Shown piece by piece: positions 13,580 to 27,859 of a stretch of 64,000 nucleotides of DNA. How positions within the stretch are numbered: the stretch's first letter is position 1; the number at the start of each line of letters is the position of its first letter. The position numbers and the translations under genes were made by a program. This DNA comes from the human T2T-CHM13v2.0 reference genome, Homo sapiens. Location: NCBI RefSeq assembly GCF_009914755.1, contig NC_060928.1; one strand, written 5' to 3'. The notes under the pieces are model-generated. The model did not search any database. It was not told the origin of the DNA and saw only the letters and a list, made by a program, of their open reading frames with translations.

Positions 13580-14469
13580 AAACAAAATAGTATGTTTATA
13601 ATGGCAAAATTAATTTTAAAAATTTAATACTGACTCATCAAGAAAAATAACAACAAAAGAGGCCATTTTCAAAGCAGGAAGAGAAAGGATTTTTTTTCCC
13701 CGAGTAAGAGTTTCTAGTAAAAACTTTAACATACATCAGACTTAATGGTGACAGGTTAGAAAAAGTATTCCCATTAAACATATGAATAAGAACCAAGATG
13801 TCTGCAATGTTCCATTATGTTAGACATTACATTGGAGGTATGTGTAAAGATAAAGATTTTATGAGGAGATATTCCAAAGACAGATTTGTGATTCTTTGGA
13901 TGTGGCACTGTTGAAGGTGAATCTAAAAGCTTTTATGGAGCAATGTCAAATTTGTGAGCCACACGGAGATGGAGATGAGATTATAATACACTTTTATATG
14001 TACTATCATAGATGTAAAACTCTCTATCTTAATATTAACTTTGAAAATGTTAAATTGAGAATCCTGTTAACTTACATTTTATGAATTGGCATATTGTATT
14101 ACTGCAAGATATATTTGATTTTCAGCATAATGCCAAAACAAAAGATTTTTTAAAAAACTATAAAAATGCATATATTTTTCTAAATTTATTTTGTCTTAAA
14201 GCACACTTTAAATGTCATTTCTCATTGAGCAAAATTGTCAAATTTCTATGGAAAATTTTAAGATAAAAAGAAATAGGCAAAGAATTGGAAAGAGACAAAA
14301 TTGACAATATTTATATCCAATTTAATATTCTAAGTATATAATCCAAGAAACCATACAGATAAGTTACTAAAACTTGTAAGAAGATTTGATATAGTTGCCA
14401 GATTACTATATAATTGAATAATTATATAGAAAATAAGTAGCATTCTAAGTGCCTTTAATAATTTAAGAA

Positions 14470-16350
14470 GGACTTCTGCTTATAGCCACAACAAAATAGC
14501 CAGAACTGGATTAACTGTCCCAGCTAAAATCACTAAAAAATAATCAAAATATATGTTTTTAAACACAGTTTCAGACTTTGGACAACATGTAGCCCAGGAC
14601 AGTGATCCCTGAGAAAAGGAAGACAAATGAGGTGACACTGTGATAGACCCAGATCAACGCCTGGAAAAAGTTTCAAAGCTACAATGTGAGGAGTGGGGAC
14701 AAAACAGTCTAGTGGCTTTGCTGAGTGGAGAAGGCAAGTACTGGAGTCCAGGCAAAGTATTGGTGAAGGTGGAGCCCTGGAGAAAAAGAACTCTAGAGAT
14801 CTGTAAGAGGCTCTCCTTGAAACTTCTACTGAGCACAGTTCTGCACATGCATGTATAGAATTTACTCAAGATGAAGAAAGAACCAACGAAAAAAAGCATA
14901 GTATAATGCTGAGAACTCATAAAATCGAGTAGGAAATCTTGCCTATTGAAAGAGCATTGAGACAGAGTCCTCAGAAGGAATTTTCTCAGTGGTGGGAACA
15001 AATTAGCTATAAACCCAAGTTTGCTCTGATATTGCTATAACAAAGCTTAAAAGCAACTCTCAAAAGGCTCAAACTGAGTACAAAACATCTAATTGTAACC
15101 CAGGGTACTTCCCAACAGTATTCAAGGGAATAAAATATTTTGTGTATATTTTGTATTACAGGAATATATTGTATTCCTTTATATAGCATATTGTATTTCT
15201 TTATATATGAAATGATATATCATCCTAATTTAGAGCATGAAGTTACAGATGTATATTATAAACTCTAGAACAACCACTAACACTATTTTAGAAAGCTATA
15301 AATGATAAGCAAATAGAGATAAAATAGAATGATAAAATATAATCAATCCAGAATATGGGAAGAAAAAGAAAAAGGGAGCAAAAAAAAATGAAAAAAATGA
15401 AACAAATTGCAAGATGACAGATTTAAACCTAATCATATTATAACCACATTATATATAAATAGGCTATATACTCCAATTACAAAACAAAGATTGTTGAATA
15501 AAAAAGTAAGACCCAACTACATACTTTCAGCAAGAAACCCACTTCAGATATAAAGACATAAATTCAGTAAAACTCATAAGTCAATGTCATAAATACATAT
15601 ATATAATATGCTCGCACTAATTAAAAGAAAGCTGGAATGACTGCATTAATATCAGAAAATGTAGATTTCAGAGCAAAGAATAGTACCAGGGATAAAGAGG
15701 CTGAATTCACATATTATAGGGGTAAAATATTTGAGAGAACATAAGATTAGTCTATGTGTATATCTGATAGCCCAGCTTCAATATATATGAAAGAAAAATT
15801 AGTGGAACTGAGTGGCTAGATATACATATCTACAATTGTATTTGCAAAGTTCAACAACTTATTCTTAATCATTAATAGATCAAGTAGAGAAAGTAAGGAT
15901 TTACAAGAATTGAAAACATCACCAACCATCTTGACATTTATCGAGCAACTCCACCCAACAAGAGCAGGAGGTATATTCTTTTCAATTTCCCATGGAACAT
16001 TGAATAAGATAGATCATAAAACAGGTCTCAGTAAATGCAAAAACATTAAAACCACACAAAAGAACGGTCCATGTCCACAAATGAATTAAATTAGAAATCA
16101 ATAGCAGAATATTTTAAATATTCATCCATATTTTCAAACCAAACAATATACTTCTAAATAACTCATGGGTCATAAAAGAAATGACGAGGCAAGTCAGAAA
16201 GTATTTTGAACTGAGTGGTAATGAAGCACTACACATCAAAATCTGAGGGACAGAGATAGGTAATGTTTAGAGAAAAAATCATAAAATTAAATGCTCATAT
16301 TAGAATAAAAAGTTTGTCAAATCAATCATTTTGAAGCCTGCATCTTAAGA
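14470..16350 (+). mobile_element. Old L1M 5' region and ORF2 endonuclease region
   Basis: aagacccaactacatactttcagcaagaaacccacttcag, aaagaaagctggaatgactgcattaatatcag, cttctaaataactcatgggtc. Confidence 0.75.
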
Positions 16351-16356
16351 AATGTT

Positions 16357-19300
16357 CAGTCTTCAAGATGGTGGAATAGAACCTTTCAGCAGTTGTCATC
16401 AATGTGAACAACTATCCACACTTGAAGACACCTTTGCAAGCATTAAGGAATCCAGGTGAGAGACTATGACACCTGAGTGTAGTATGGAACTAAGAAATGC
16501 ACTGAAGAGAGTGGAAGGACAGTTTCACATGACCCATGTCACCCTTTTCCATGCCCAGGCAGCACAGCACAGAGATGCCCTCTGGGTGGGAAAGTAGAGT
16601 GATGTCACCACCTGACTTTGTGTGGAGCCCAGCACCAGGTACACCCCAGAGAAACCCAGTGCTGGGCTGATTCCAGCAGCCCCAGGATCCAGATTAGCCT
16701 CTGTAGATATAGGCTGCAGGCTTGCCCGGCATCAAGCTGGCCCCTGTTGCCCCAGACTCTCGGCTGGTTGCAATGGCCACATGTTCCCAGCTGACCCAGT
16801 CCCCAGGCCCATGTCAGTGCCAGAGACCTAGCCACTGCGGACCTAGCCTTCAGGCCAGCATCCACAGATGCAGTCTCTTGGCCAGGCTCCATGTACCCAG
16901 GCTCTATGCTAGCCCCATAGTCTCATGTACTAGGCCAGCACTCATGGACACAGGCTTGAGACTGGCCCCTGCAGACCCAGGTTCCCAGGCCTGTCCCAGG
17001 ACCAAGACAGCCCAAGCTCCATGTCAGTCCCCACATCCACAGGCTTCAGTGGACCCAAGGTCCAGTCTTGCTCCAGTAGATTCAGAGTGCAGGCTCACCT
17101 CAAAGTCAGCAGAAGGAAGGAAATAATAAATATCAGAGCAGAAATAAATGAAATAGATAGTTTAAAAATCAGTGTAAATATCAATGAAACTAAGAGATGG
17201 TTTTTTGAAAAGATAACTAAAATTGGCAAGTCCTTAGCTAAAGAAAGAGAAAAGACTCAAACAACTAAAATAAGAAATGAAAGAGGAAGTATTACAACTG
17301 ACACCACAGAAATACAAAGGATTATAAGAGAATACATTAGCCATTAGCCATATAACAGCCTGAGCCATTATACATTGCCAACAAATTGGATAACACAAAA
17401 GAAATGGATAAATTCCTAGAATCATACAACCCACCAAGGATGATTCATGAAGAAATAGAAAATCTAAATAGAGCAATAATGAGTAAAGAGATTGAATCAG
17501 TGATCAAAATATCTCTCAACAACAACAACAAAAAGCTCAGGTCCTGATTACTTCACTGGTAAATTCTAGCAAACATTTAAGGAAGAATTAATATCAATTC
17601 TTCTCAAACTCTCCCAAAAACTTGAGGGGAAAGAAATGCTATCAAATTCAATTTACAAAATCAGCGTTATTCTAATATAAAAGCCAGACAGGGACACTGC
17701 AGGAAAAGAAAATTACAGACCAATATCCCTGATGAACATAGATGCAAAAATCCTTAAGAAATACTAGAAATCCAAATTCAGCAGCACATTACAAAGACCA
17801 TTCATTTAGGTGAGATTTACCCTTGGATGCAAAGATGGATCACCATATACAATCAATAAATGTGATATACTGCATTAACCATATGAAAGATAAAAATCAT
17901 ATGGTCATCTTAATATATGCAGAAAAATCTTTTGAAAAACATCAGCATCTTTTCATCATAAAAACTCTTAACAAATTAGGTATAGAAAGATTATACTTCA
18001 ACATTATAGAGATCATGTATGACAAGCCCACAGCTAACATACTCAATGGTGAAAAAGGTGAAAAACTAAAAATTTTTCCCCCAAGATAGGGAACAGAACA
18101 AGGGTACATACTCTCACTACATCTATTCAGTATAGTACAGGAAGTCCTAGCCAGAGTAATTAGGCAAGAAAAAGAAATAAAAGGCATCTAAATTGAAAAG
18201 CAAGAATTATAACTGTCTGTTTCTGCAGATGACATTTTTTATATAGAGAAAATCCCTGAAGACTCCCCCCAAAAACTGTTAGAACTAATAAACAAATTCA
18301 GTAAAGTTGCAGGATATAAAATGGACATAAAAAATCAGTAGTAATTTATATACTAATAACAAACTATCTGAAAAAGAAATTTTAAAAAAGATCTCATTTA
18401 CAATAGCATCAAAAAGAATAAAATACTTAGGCATACATTTAACCAAGGAGGTGAAAGATCTGTATGCTGAAAACTATAAAACTTTGATTCAAGAGGCTGA
18501 AGAAAACACAGATAAATGGGAAGATATCCCATTTTTATGGATTCGAATTGATAGTGTTAAAATGTCCATACCAACTAAAGCAATCTACATATTCAATGCA
18601 ACCCCTATCAAAATTCCAGTGGCATTTTCCTCAGAAATAGAAAAAAAATTCTAAAATTTGTGTGAAACCACAAAAAAAAGTCAAAGCAACATGGACCAAG
18701 AAGAACAAAGCTGGAGGCATCACAATACCTGATTTCAAAAGATACTACAAAGCTATAGTAACTCAAACATCATGGTACTGGATAAAAACAGACATGTAGA
18801 ACAATGAAACAAAATATAGAGTCCAGAAATAAATCCATGCATTTTGGTCAATTAATCTTCAACAAAGATGCCAAAAGCATGCAATAGGAAAAGGACAGTC
18901 TCTTTGATGAATGGTGATGGGAAACCGGATATCATATGCAGAAGAATAAAATTGGACTCATCTTACACCATATACAAAATCAACTCACAATAGATTAAAC
19001 CTTAAACTTAAGACCTGAATCTTTAAATTTATTAGAAGAAACAATAGGAAAAAAGCTTCTTGACATAGAACTGGCCAAAGATTTTTTTGATATGACCTCA
19101 AAACACAGGCAATAAAAGCAAACCTAAACAAATGGGATTACATCATACTGAAGAGCTTCAGCACAGCTAGGGCAACAGTCAACAGAGTGAAGAGACAGCC
19201 TATAGAACAGGAGACAATATTTGCAAACATACATCTGATAAAGGATTAATATCCAAAACATACAAGGAACTCAAATAACTCAATAGCAAGAAAACAAATC

Positions 19301-19440
19301 ACTGGATTAAAAAAAAAATGAACAAAATATTTGAACTGACATTTCTCAAAAAAAGACAAAGGGCCAATAACAATGTGAAAAAAATGCTTATTATCACTAA
19401 TCATCAGGCAAATGCAAATTAAAATCACAATGAGATAATA
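16357..19440 (+). mobile_element. L1M/L1MA: GC-rich 5'UTR piece (16357-17098) joined directly to ORF2 (17099-19440)
   Basis: cttcaagatggtggaatag start, repeat-like GC-rich UTR, then ORF2 remnants matching ORF translations ([37 protein letters not shown]). Confidence 0.8.
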
Positions 19441-19444
19441 ACAG

Positions 19445-19630
19445 CTTATATTTGTATTCTGTATATATAGGCCAAACATTGTTTCAAAAGCTTTATGTAA
19501 ATTAAGCCATGTAATCCCTACAACATTCCAATGAGGTAAGTGATATTACTACCATTTTATAGAGAAGTTAAATAATTTGCTGAAATTCAAACAGCAAATC
19601 AGTTGACAGTCAGGATTTTATTCTAGGAAG
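19445..19630 (-). mobile_element. MIR fragment
   Basis: taatccctacaacattccaatgaggtaagtgatattactaccattttatagag core-like sequence. Confidence 0.6.
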
Positions 19631-19639
19631 ATTGGTAGT

Positions 19640-20260
19640 CATTTCACAAAAGAGAAAACAGAAATGGCCAGTAAACTTAAATATATACTGTCTCAAAAAT
19701 AATATGAGAAATACAAAAAGTGCTGTTACACCATGTGCTAGCAATGATACTAAGAAATGAAAATGCTTACACATGGCTGGTGTGAAAATACATTAAGATG
19801 ACAAGAAACATAGCAAAATGCAATAAATTTGAACATGATATATTTTCATCCAAGCAATTTTACTCCAAGAAGACAAGAATAAAAACATATTGTAGCGTTT
19901 TTAACTTGTAACAAAATACTGCAAATAATCTAAGCACCCTGGACTGGACAAGTAAATGGACAAAAAAAAAAAAACAAAAAAAACAAAACTCATGGCATAT
20001 TCATAAAATGGAGTAATGTGCTAATAGAGATAATATATGAACTTGCAGTACCTGTACCATTTCAGATATGCTCAACAATATACTCAAGTTAAAAACACAT
20101 AAGGTTGCAGAATGATGCTAATTTTGTAAAACTAGGAAATCTCAAAGCTTATTCTACTGATTGATTCTGAAACAGGAAGTAAAAGTATAAGAAACATTCG
20201 TGAGAATAACAGACATCAAACCAAGGAATGTGGCTCCCTCTGAACAGGGCAGATGGGAAT
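19640..20260 (+). mobile_element. L1ME 3' fragment
   Basis: Degenerate 3'-end motifs (agaaatggccagtaaac, caagcaattttactcc, catggcatattcataaaatggag). Confidence 0.55.
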
Positions 20261-20458
20261 CTCTATTAGAGAAAAGTCACAGTACACTTCTTCTTCATGC
20301 ACTAATGGGTTGGGATTTGAGGTTTTAAGATAATAGGACTTGATTCTACTTGAAGGATGAAAATTTTCTTCCAATAAGATGACTTTACCCTATTTCTTGT
20401 GAAGTGATCTTTCTTGATCTGCTTTGTATTTTAAACCAGGCTCACACCCCTTTATTAA

Positions 20459-20508
20459 CTGAAGCTGACTTAACCCGAACTATCTGAAGCTGACTCAACC
20501 CGAACTAT
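20459..20508 (+). repeat. 25-bp tandem duplication
   Basis: ctgaagctgacttaacccgaactat / ctgaagctgactcaacccgaactat, 1 mismatch. Confidence 0.95.
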
Positions 20509-22879
20509 CCGAGATCACACGTAAATGTTTTCCTTCTGATCTCAACTTTTCTCCTTATCGTGGGGCATGGAAAGGAGGAGATCGCAGCAGGGAAGTTTTT
20601 GTTCTTGTTCACATGCTAACAATGGTAAGCTTCTTAAAAGTGAATCACAGTAGCATCACAGAGTTTGGACAGGTGATGTAACTAGGAGCTACGAAAATTG
20701 AGTGCCATAAAAGAATCATCTTTAAATACTGAAGTGCTTCTGTATGCTTGAATTATACAGCATTTCCTGTTTCAAAGCAGTTTCACACAATCTCATTTAA
20801 CACTTTTAAAGTCATAGTAGTTGAACCGAGTATATCGCACCCCTGTTACGGCTTTTTCTTGATTATAGGACAAAATGAAAAGAACTTTTATGATCTGGCT
20901 CCAATTATACTTTCAAGGTTCAAGTCTTCCCATCCGGTAAGATTTTTCTTCTTTACAAAATGCCCCAACTGAGGCACTCATGTACTAGGCACAGGAGACT
21001 ACCTGTTTGAAATATCCCTTGCTTCTGCTGGAAATGCTGTTCCCACACTGAACTCATGTGCCAACTCTCAGCTCAAAAGTGCATGTTTGTCTCTACCAGT
21101 GGACTAAGGACCAGCTCCTAGGATGGGAGCAGTTTCTTACTCATGTTTATAAAGTGCTATGCAGAAAATAGCAGGGCTATGGGAAAGAAAGAGACCAGGT
21201 TAGAAAAGTCATTTGAATCGGATCTGCATGAAAAAAGGCACTTTAGATAAGACCTGATAGCAAAGGGCTGTAAGAGGAGAAAAGGGCAAATCAAAGGTAC
21301 CGACAGAACATATTAAGCATGGCCTAGGCTGAGCAAAGCCAAATTTAAACATAATTTTGTATGTTGAAGCACATTATTTTCCAATATGTTAATGTGTAGC
21401 CATTCTCACATACATAATAAAGCTAATGGATTATTTATTCAATTGTATGTTTTGTTATAGGAGCCTCTGTCATTAAAAAGAAAATTTATTTTCGTATCTG
21501 GGAAAAGTTGCCAAGGCAAAAAACACACACCTGGCCATGCATCTTTAGTTTGTTATTGTTTTTAGGTTTATTTGAAACTTACAAAGTGAAAAAAATCAAT
21601 GACTTCTCAGAAAAAGGAAAAAAATAGATGTAGGTGGAAGAGAAAGAATACATAGGATTATAATAGGTTTGGCGAGGATCTCATGTTGCTGAAGAAAACG
21701 AGTCTTGGGATTCTTTGTAGTGGGTCTTCAGAACAGGCAAAGAAATGGTTACGAGTGAGGATACCAGAAGGAGAAGAAAACTAGAAATTTGAATAGAAAG
21801 TTGAACAAAATGAACTTTGGATACCAATAACCTTCAGTGAATGGGTGAAGAAGAAAAAACCTTTCTCTAGTTCTGTTTCAAAGGCAGTAATGAATAGAAT
21901 AGCAAAAGTTAAGCATGAATGAAATCCATATTTATCTATTTTTTGAAAGGTAATGCATGTCTTATTTTCACTGCATTATTTCCAGAGCATAATAATTTCA
22001 GCCTAAGTTAACTTTCAATGGTCAGTCTTTGCTGTCCAGCACTGCATTGCTCAGGAGATTCATTAATCAATCAATCGATCAATCAATCAGTTCCTTCTGT
22101 TTCTTTCCCACCTGGAGCTCTGCTGTCAGAGTTGCACATGTGAGTGAGATGTAGCTCACTTAGGAATCCATGCCTGCAGCTACCCTGGGAGCTGACTGCC
22201 AGTCTCTGCTCAGAGGCCCTTGTTCCCACAGGCATTTGCTCTCTGCTGTGTAATTTATAGTTTAAGTCAAATGATTCCAAACACAGTCTCTAACATTTGG
22301 GTAAAATCTGTCTAGTACTTTCTTGTGACACAGAAACATAGAGGGAAAATATTGCTATATTTATGCAAATATAGAATCTTTACTCTGAGGCTTTTCTTAA
22401 ATTCACAGTCACCCATATGCCAAGTGGATTTACTGTTCATTACTCAGTGTCTTTACTGTTTGTAACTCAGATCACGTTTTCCTTCACAAAGCCTGCTTAC
22501 TGAATATTTGTGTGATGATTTGAACTCAATTAGCTACTTATTGCTAGGTTATATTTTCCCCTTTGCAGCAAGCATGTCAAAGATTATACATTTTTTTAAC
22601 AGATTGCTTTTAATTGTATTAGTTGAAGAGCAGTCTTTATATGTAAAATAGTGAATTATAGTTAAGGGACCAAGGGCCATTGTGTCTTAAGTTTTAATTG
22701 TTCAATAGATCACCTAATAGTTTTTAAAATTTTTATAGGAATGTCTGATCTTATCCACAAACTTTAACAAATGGGCATAAAAATATTCCTCCCTTAATTT
22801 TTCTGACCTGCACTTTTTCTGTTTTGTTTTTGTATTTTTTATTTTGTTGGTTACTCCACGTCATTGGTTACTTCATGTC

Positions 22880-24923
<2,044 letters not shown>

Positions 24924-25274
24924 GAGAAGGAGCACTTTCAAGGGAAGGAAAATAACCCTAGAAATGTCAGATTTGTGTCTACATAATTAATTTCTACTGT
25001 TATTCCAGGAATGTGACCAAAATTTATTAGATCTGTGCTTAAGAACAGTAAAGAACTTAAAAATTATCAAAAGCCTTAAAATGTGCATACAGCAATTCTA
25101 ATTCTGGGAATTTATACTGGCAAAACATAAAAATTAGCATTAGTATTTAATTACCTTGAGTTTTTATAATGGTAAAAATTGTGAATGACCTAAATGATCA
25201 ATAATAGAGGATTGATTTATGAACTTATGGTATATTTATACAATAAACTATAATTTAGACATTAAATCATATTT

Positions 25275-26816
25275 TTAAATGTTATGTGTATTTTTTTAAA
25301 AACTTTAAGTATATTGAAGGTTTATTACATAGGTAAACTCACGACACAGGGGTTTGGTATACAGATAATTTAATCGCCCAGGTACTAAGCCTTGTAGCCA
25401 ATAGTTATTTTTCTTAATCCCCTCCGTCCTCCCTCCTCCCTCTCTTCACCCTCAAGTAGGCCCCAGTGTATGTTGTTCCCCTCTTCTTGTCTATGTATTC
25501 TCATCATCTAGTGCCCACTTGTAAGTGAGAACATGTGGCATTTGGTTTTCTGTTTCTGTGTTAGTTTGCTAGGGATAGTGGCCTCCAGCTCCATCCATGT
25601 TTCAGCAAAGGACATGATTGTGCTCCCTTTTGTGATTGCATAGTATTCCATCGTGTATATGTACCACTTTTTTTATTCAATCTGCCATTGATTCCACGTC
25701 TTTGCTATTGTGAATAGTGCTGCAATGAACAAACACATCCATGTATCTTTATGGTAGGATAATTTATATTCCTTTGGGTATATACCCAATAATGATATTG
25801 CTGGGTCAAATGGTTGTTCTCTTTTTAGCTCTTTGAGGAAGTGCCACACTGCTTTCCGCAATGGTTGAACTAATTTACATTCCCACCAATGGTATAAAAG
25901 TGTTCCTTTTTCTCCACAACCTCAACAGCATCTGTTATTTTTTGACTTTTAGCAATAGCCATTCTGACTGGTGTGAGATGGTATCACATTGTTGTTTGAA
26001 TTTGTACTTCTCTAATGATCAGTGATACTGAGCTTTTTTTCATATGCTTTTTGGCTGCATGTATGTCTTCTTTTGAAAAGTGTCTGTTCACGTCCTTTGC
26101 TCACTTTTGATGGGATTGTTTTCTTTCTTGTAAATTTGTTTAGGTGTCTTATAGATTATGAATATTAGGCCTTTAACAGGTGCATACTTTGCAAATATTT
26201 TCTCCCATCCTGCAGGCTGTTTACTCTATTGATAGTTTTTCTGTGCAGAAGATCTTAAGTTTAATTAGATCCCATTTGTCAATTTTTGCTTTTGCTGTAA
26301 TTGCTTTTGGTGTCTTCATCATGAAACTTTTGCCATCTCCTACGACCAGAATGGTTTTGCCTAGGTTGTCTTTCAGAGTTTTGACAGTTTTGGGTTTTAC
26401 ATTTAAGTCTTCAATCATCTTAAGTTGATTTTTGTACATGGTATAAGGAAGGGGTCCAATTTCAATCTTCTGCATATTGCTAGCCAGTTATCCCAGCACC
26501 ATTTATTAAATAGGGAATCCTTTCCCCATTGCTTGTTTTTTGCAGCTTTGTCAAAGATCAGATAGTTGTAGGTGTGTGGCCTTATTTCTGGGTTCTCTAT
26601 TCTGTTCCATTGGTTTATGTGTCTGTTTTTGTACTAGTACCATACTATTTGGGTTACTGTAGCTCTGTAGTCTAGTTTAAAGTGGGGTAACATGATTCCT
26701 TTTTTGTAATAGTTTTAGCAGGAATAGTACCAGTTCTTGTCTGTACATCTGGTAGAATTCAGCTGTGAATCCATCTGGTCCTGGGCTTTTTTTGGTTGGT
26801 AGGATATTTATTATTG
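25275..26816 (-). mobile_element. L1PA13-16-like 3' end with internal jump at ~26700, inserted in L1ME
   Basis: 3'UTR and ORF2 C-terminus (PFDPAISLLGIYPK; [13 protein letters not shown]), then [15 protein letters not shown] segment; aaatcatatttt on both flanks. Confidence 0.9.
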
Positions 26817-27556
26817 TAAAATCATATTTTAGAAGTGTATCTACTGATATGCATTTAATAATATATAATAGACAAAAAAGATTACCAAAAACTACACACA
26901 TAATTTCATTTGTTAAATTTATATTTTATACATTTAATATATTATATAAGAAACAGTGTTCACTGATATGTACAATCATATTCATAATTTTTATCACCCT
27001 AGCATAAGATAATTTTGTATATTCTCTTTCTGTTTTTTGGTTTTAGTAATTATTATTTTTTTACTCTGAAAGTGTGTTTCACAAATTACAAAATGTTCCT
27101 AAATATTAAAGTATGTGGAAACTAAAGAGAAGTATTTGCTCAAATTTTTACTGAAATCTTCTTCATCCATCACTTCCCACTAACCCAGTGTTTTTCTCAG
27201 GAGGCCCACACAATTGCCTATTATCAAGAAAAGATACTTTCAAAAAAACTGAAGGGAGCGGTTATATGCTGTGGCACAGCAATTTCAATATAAGTTGTGG
27301 ATATTTCCCAAAGAATAGTGTCTTGTTCATGGAAATGCACTCTTGCTTAATCAGATGATGACCTGGGATATGGTGTTAACTAGATTAAAAAAAAGGCCAT
27401 CTGTGCCTGAGGCTCTTCTGGTAGGAAAAACTTGGAGCTTAAATTGTTTTCATTACTAGAATTTGCATGACAGTGGTTTTTAGTAACATACAAAGAAAAA
27501 CATGGTACTTAAAAATACTATCAAAATACTTTTCTTACTTTAAAAGAAAAAAGTTC

Positions 27557-27859
<303 letters not shown>

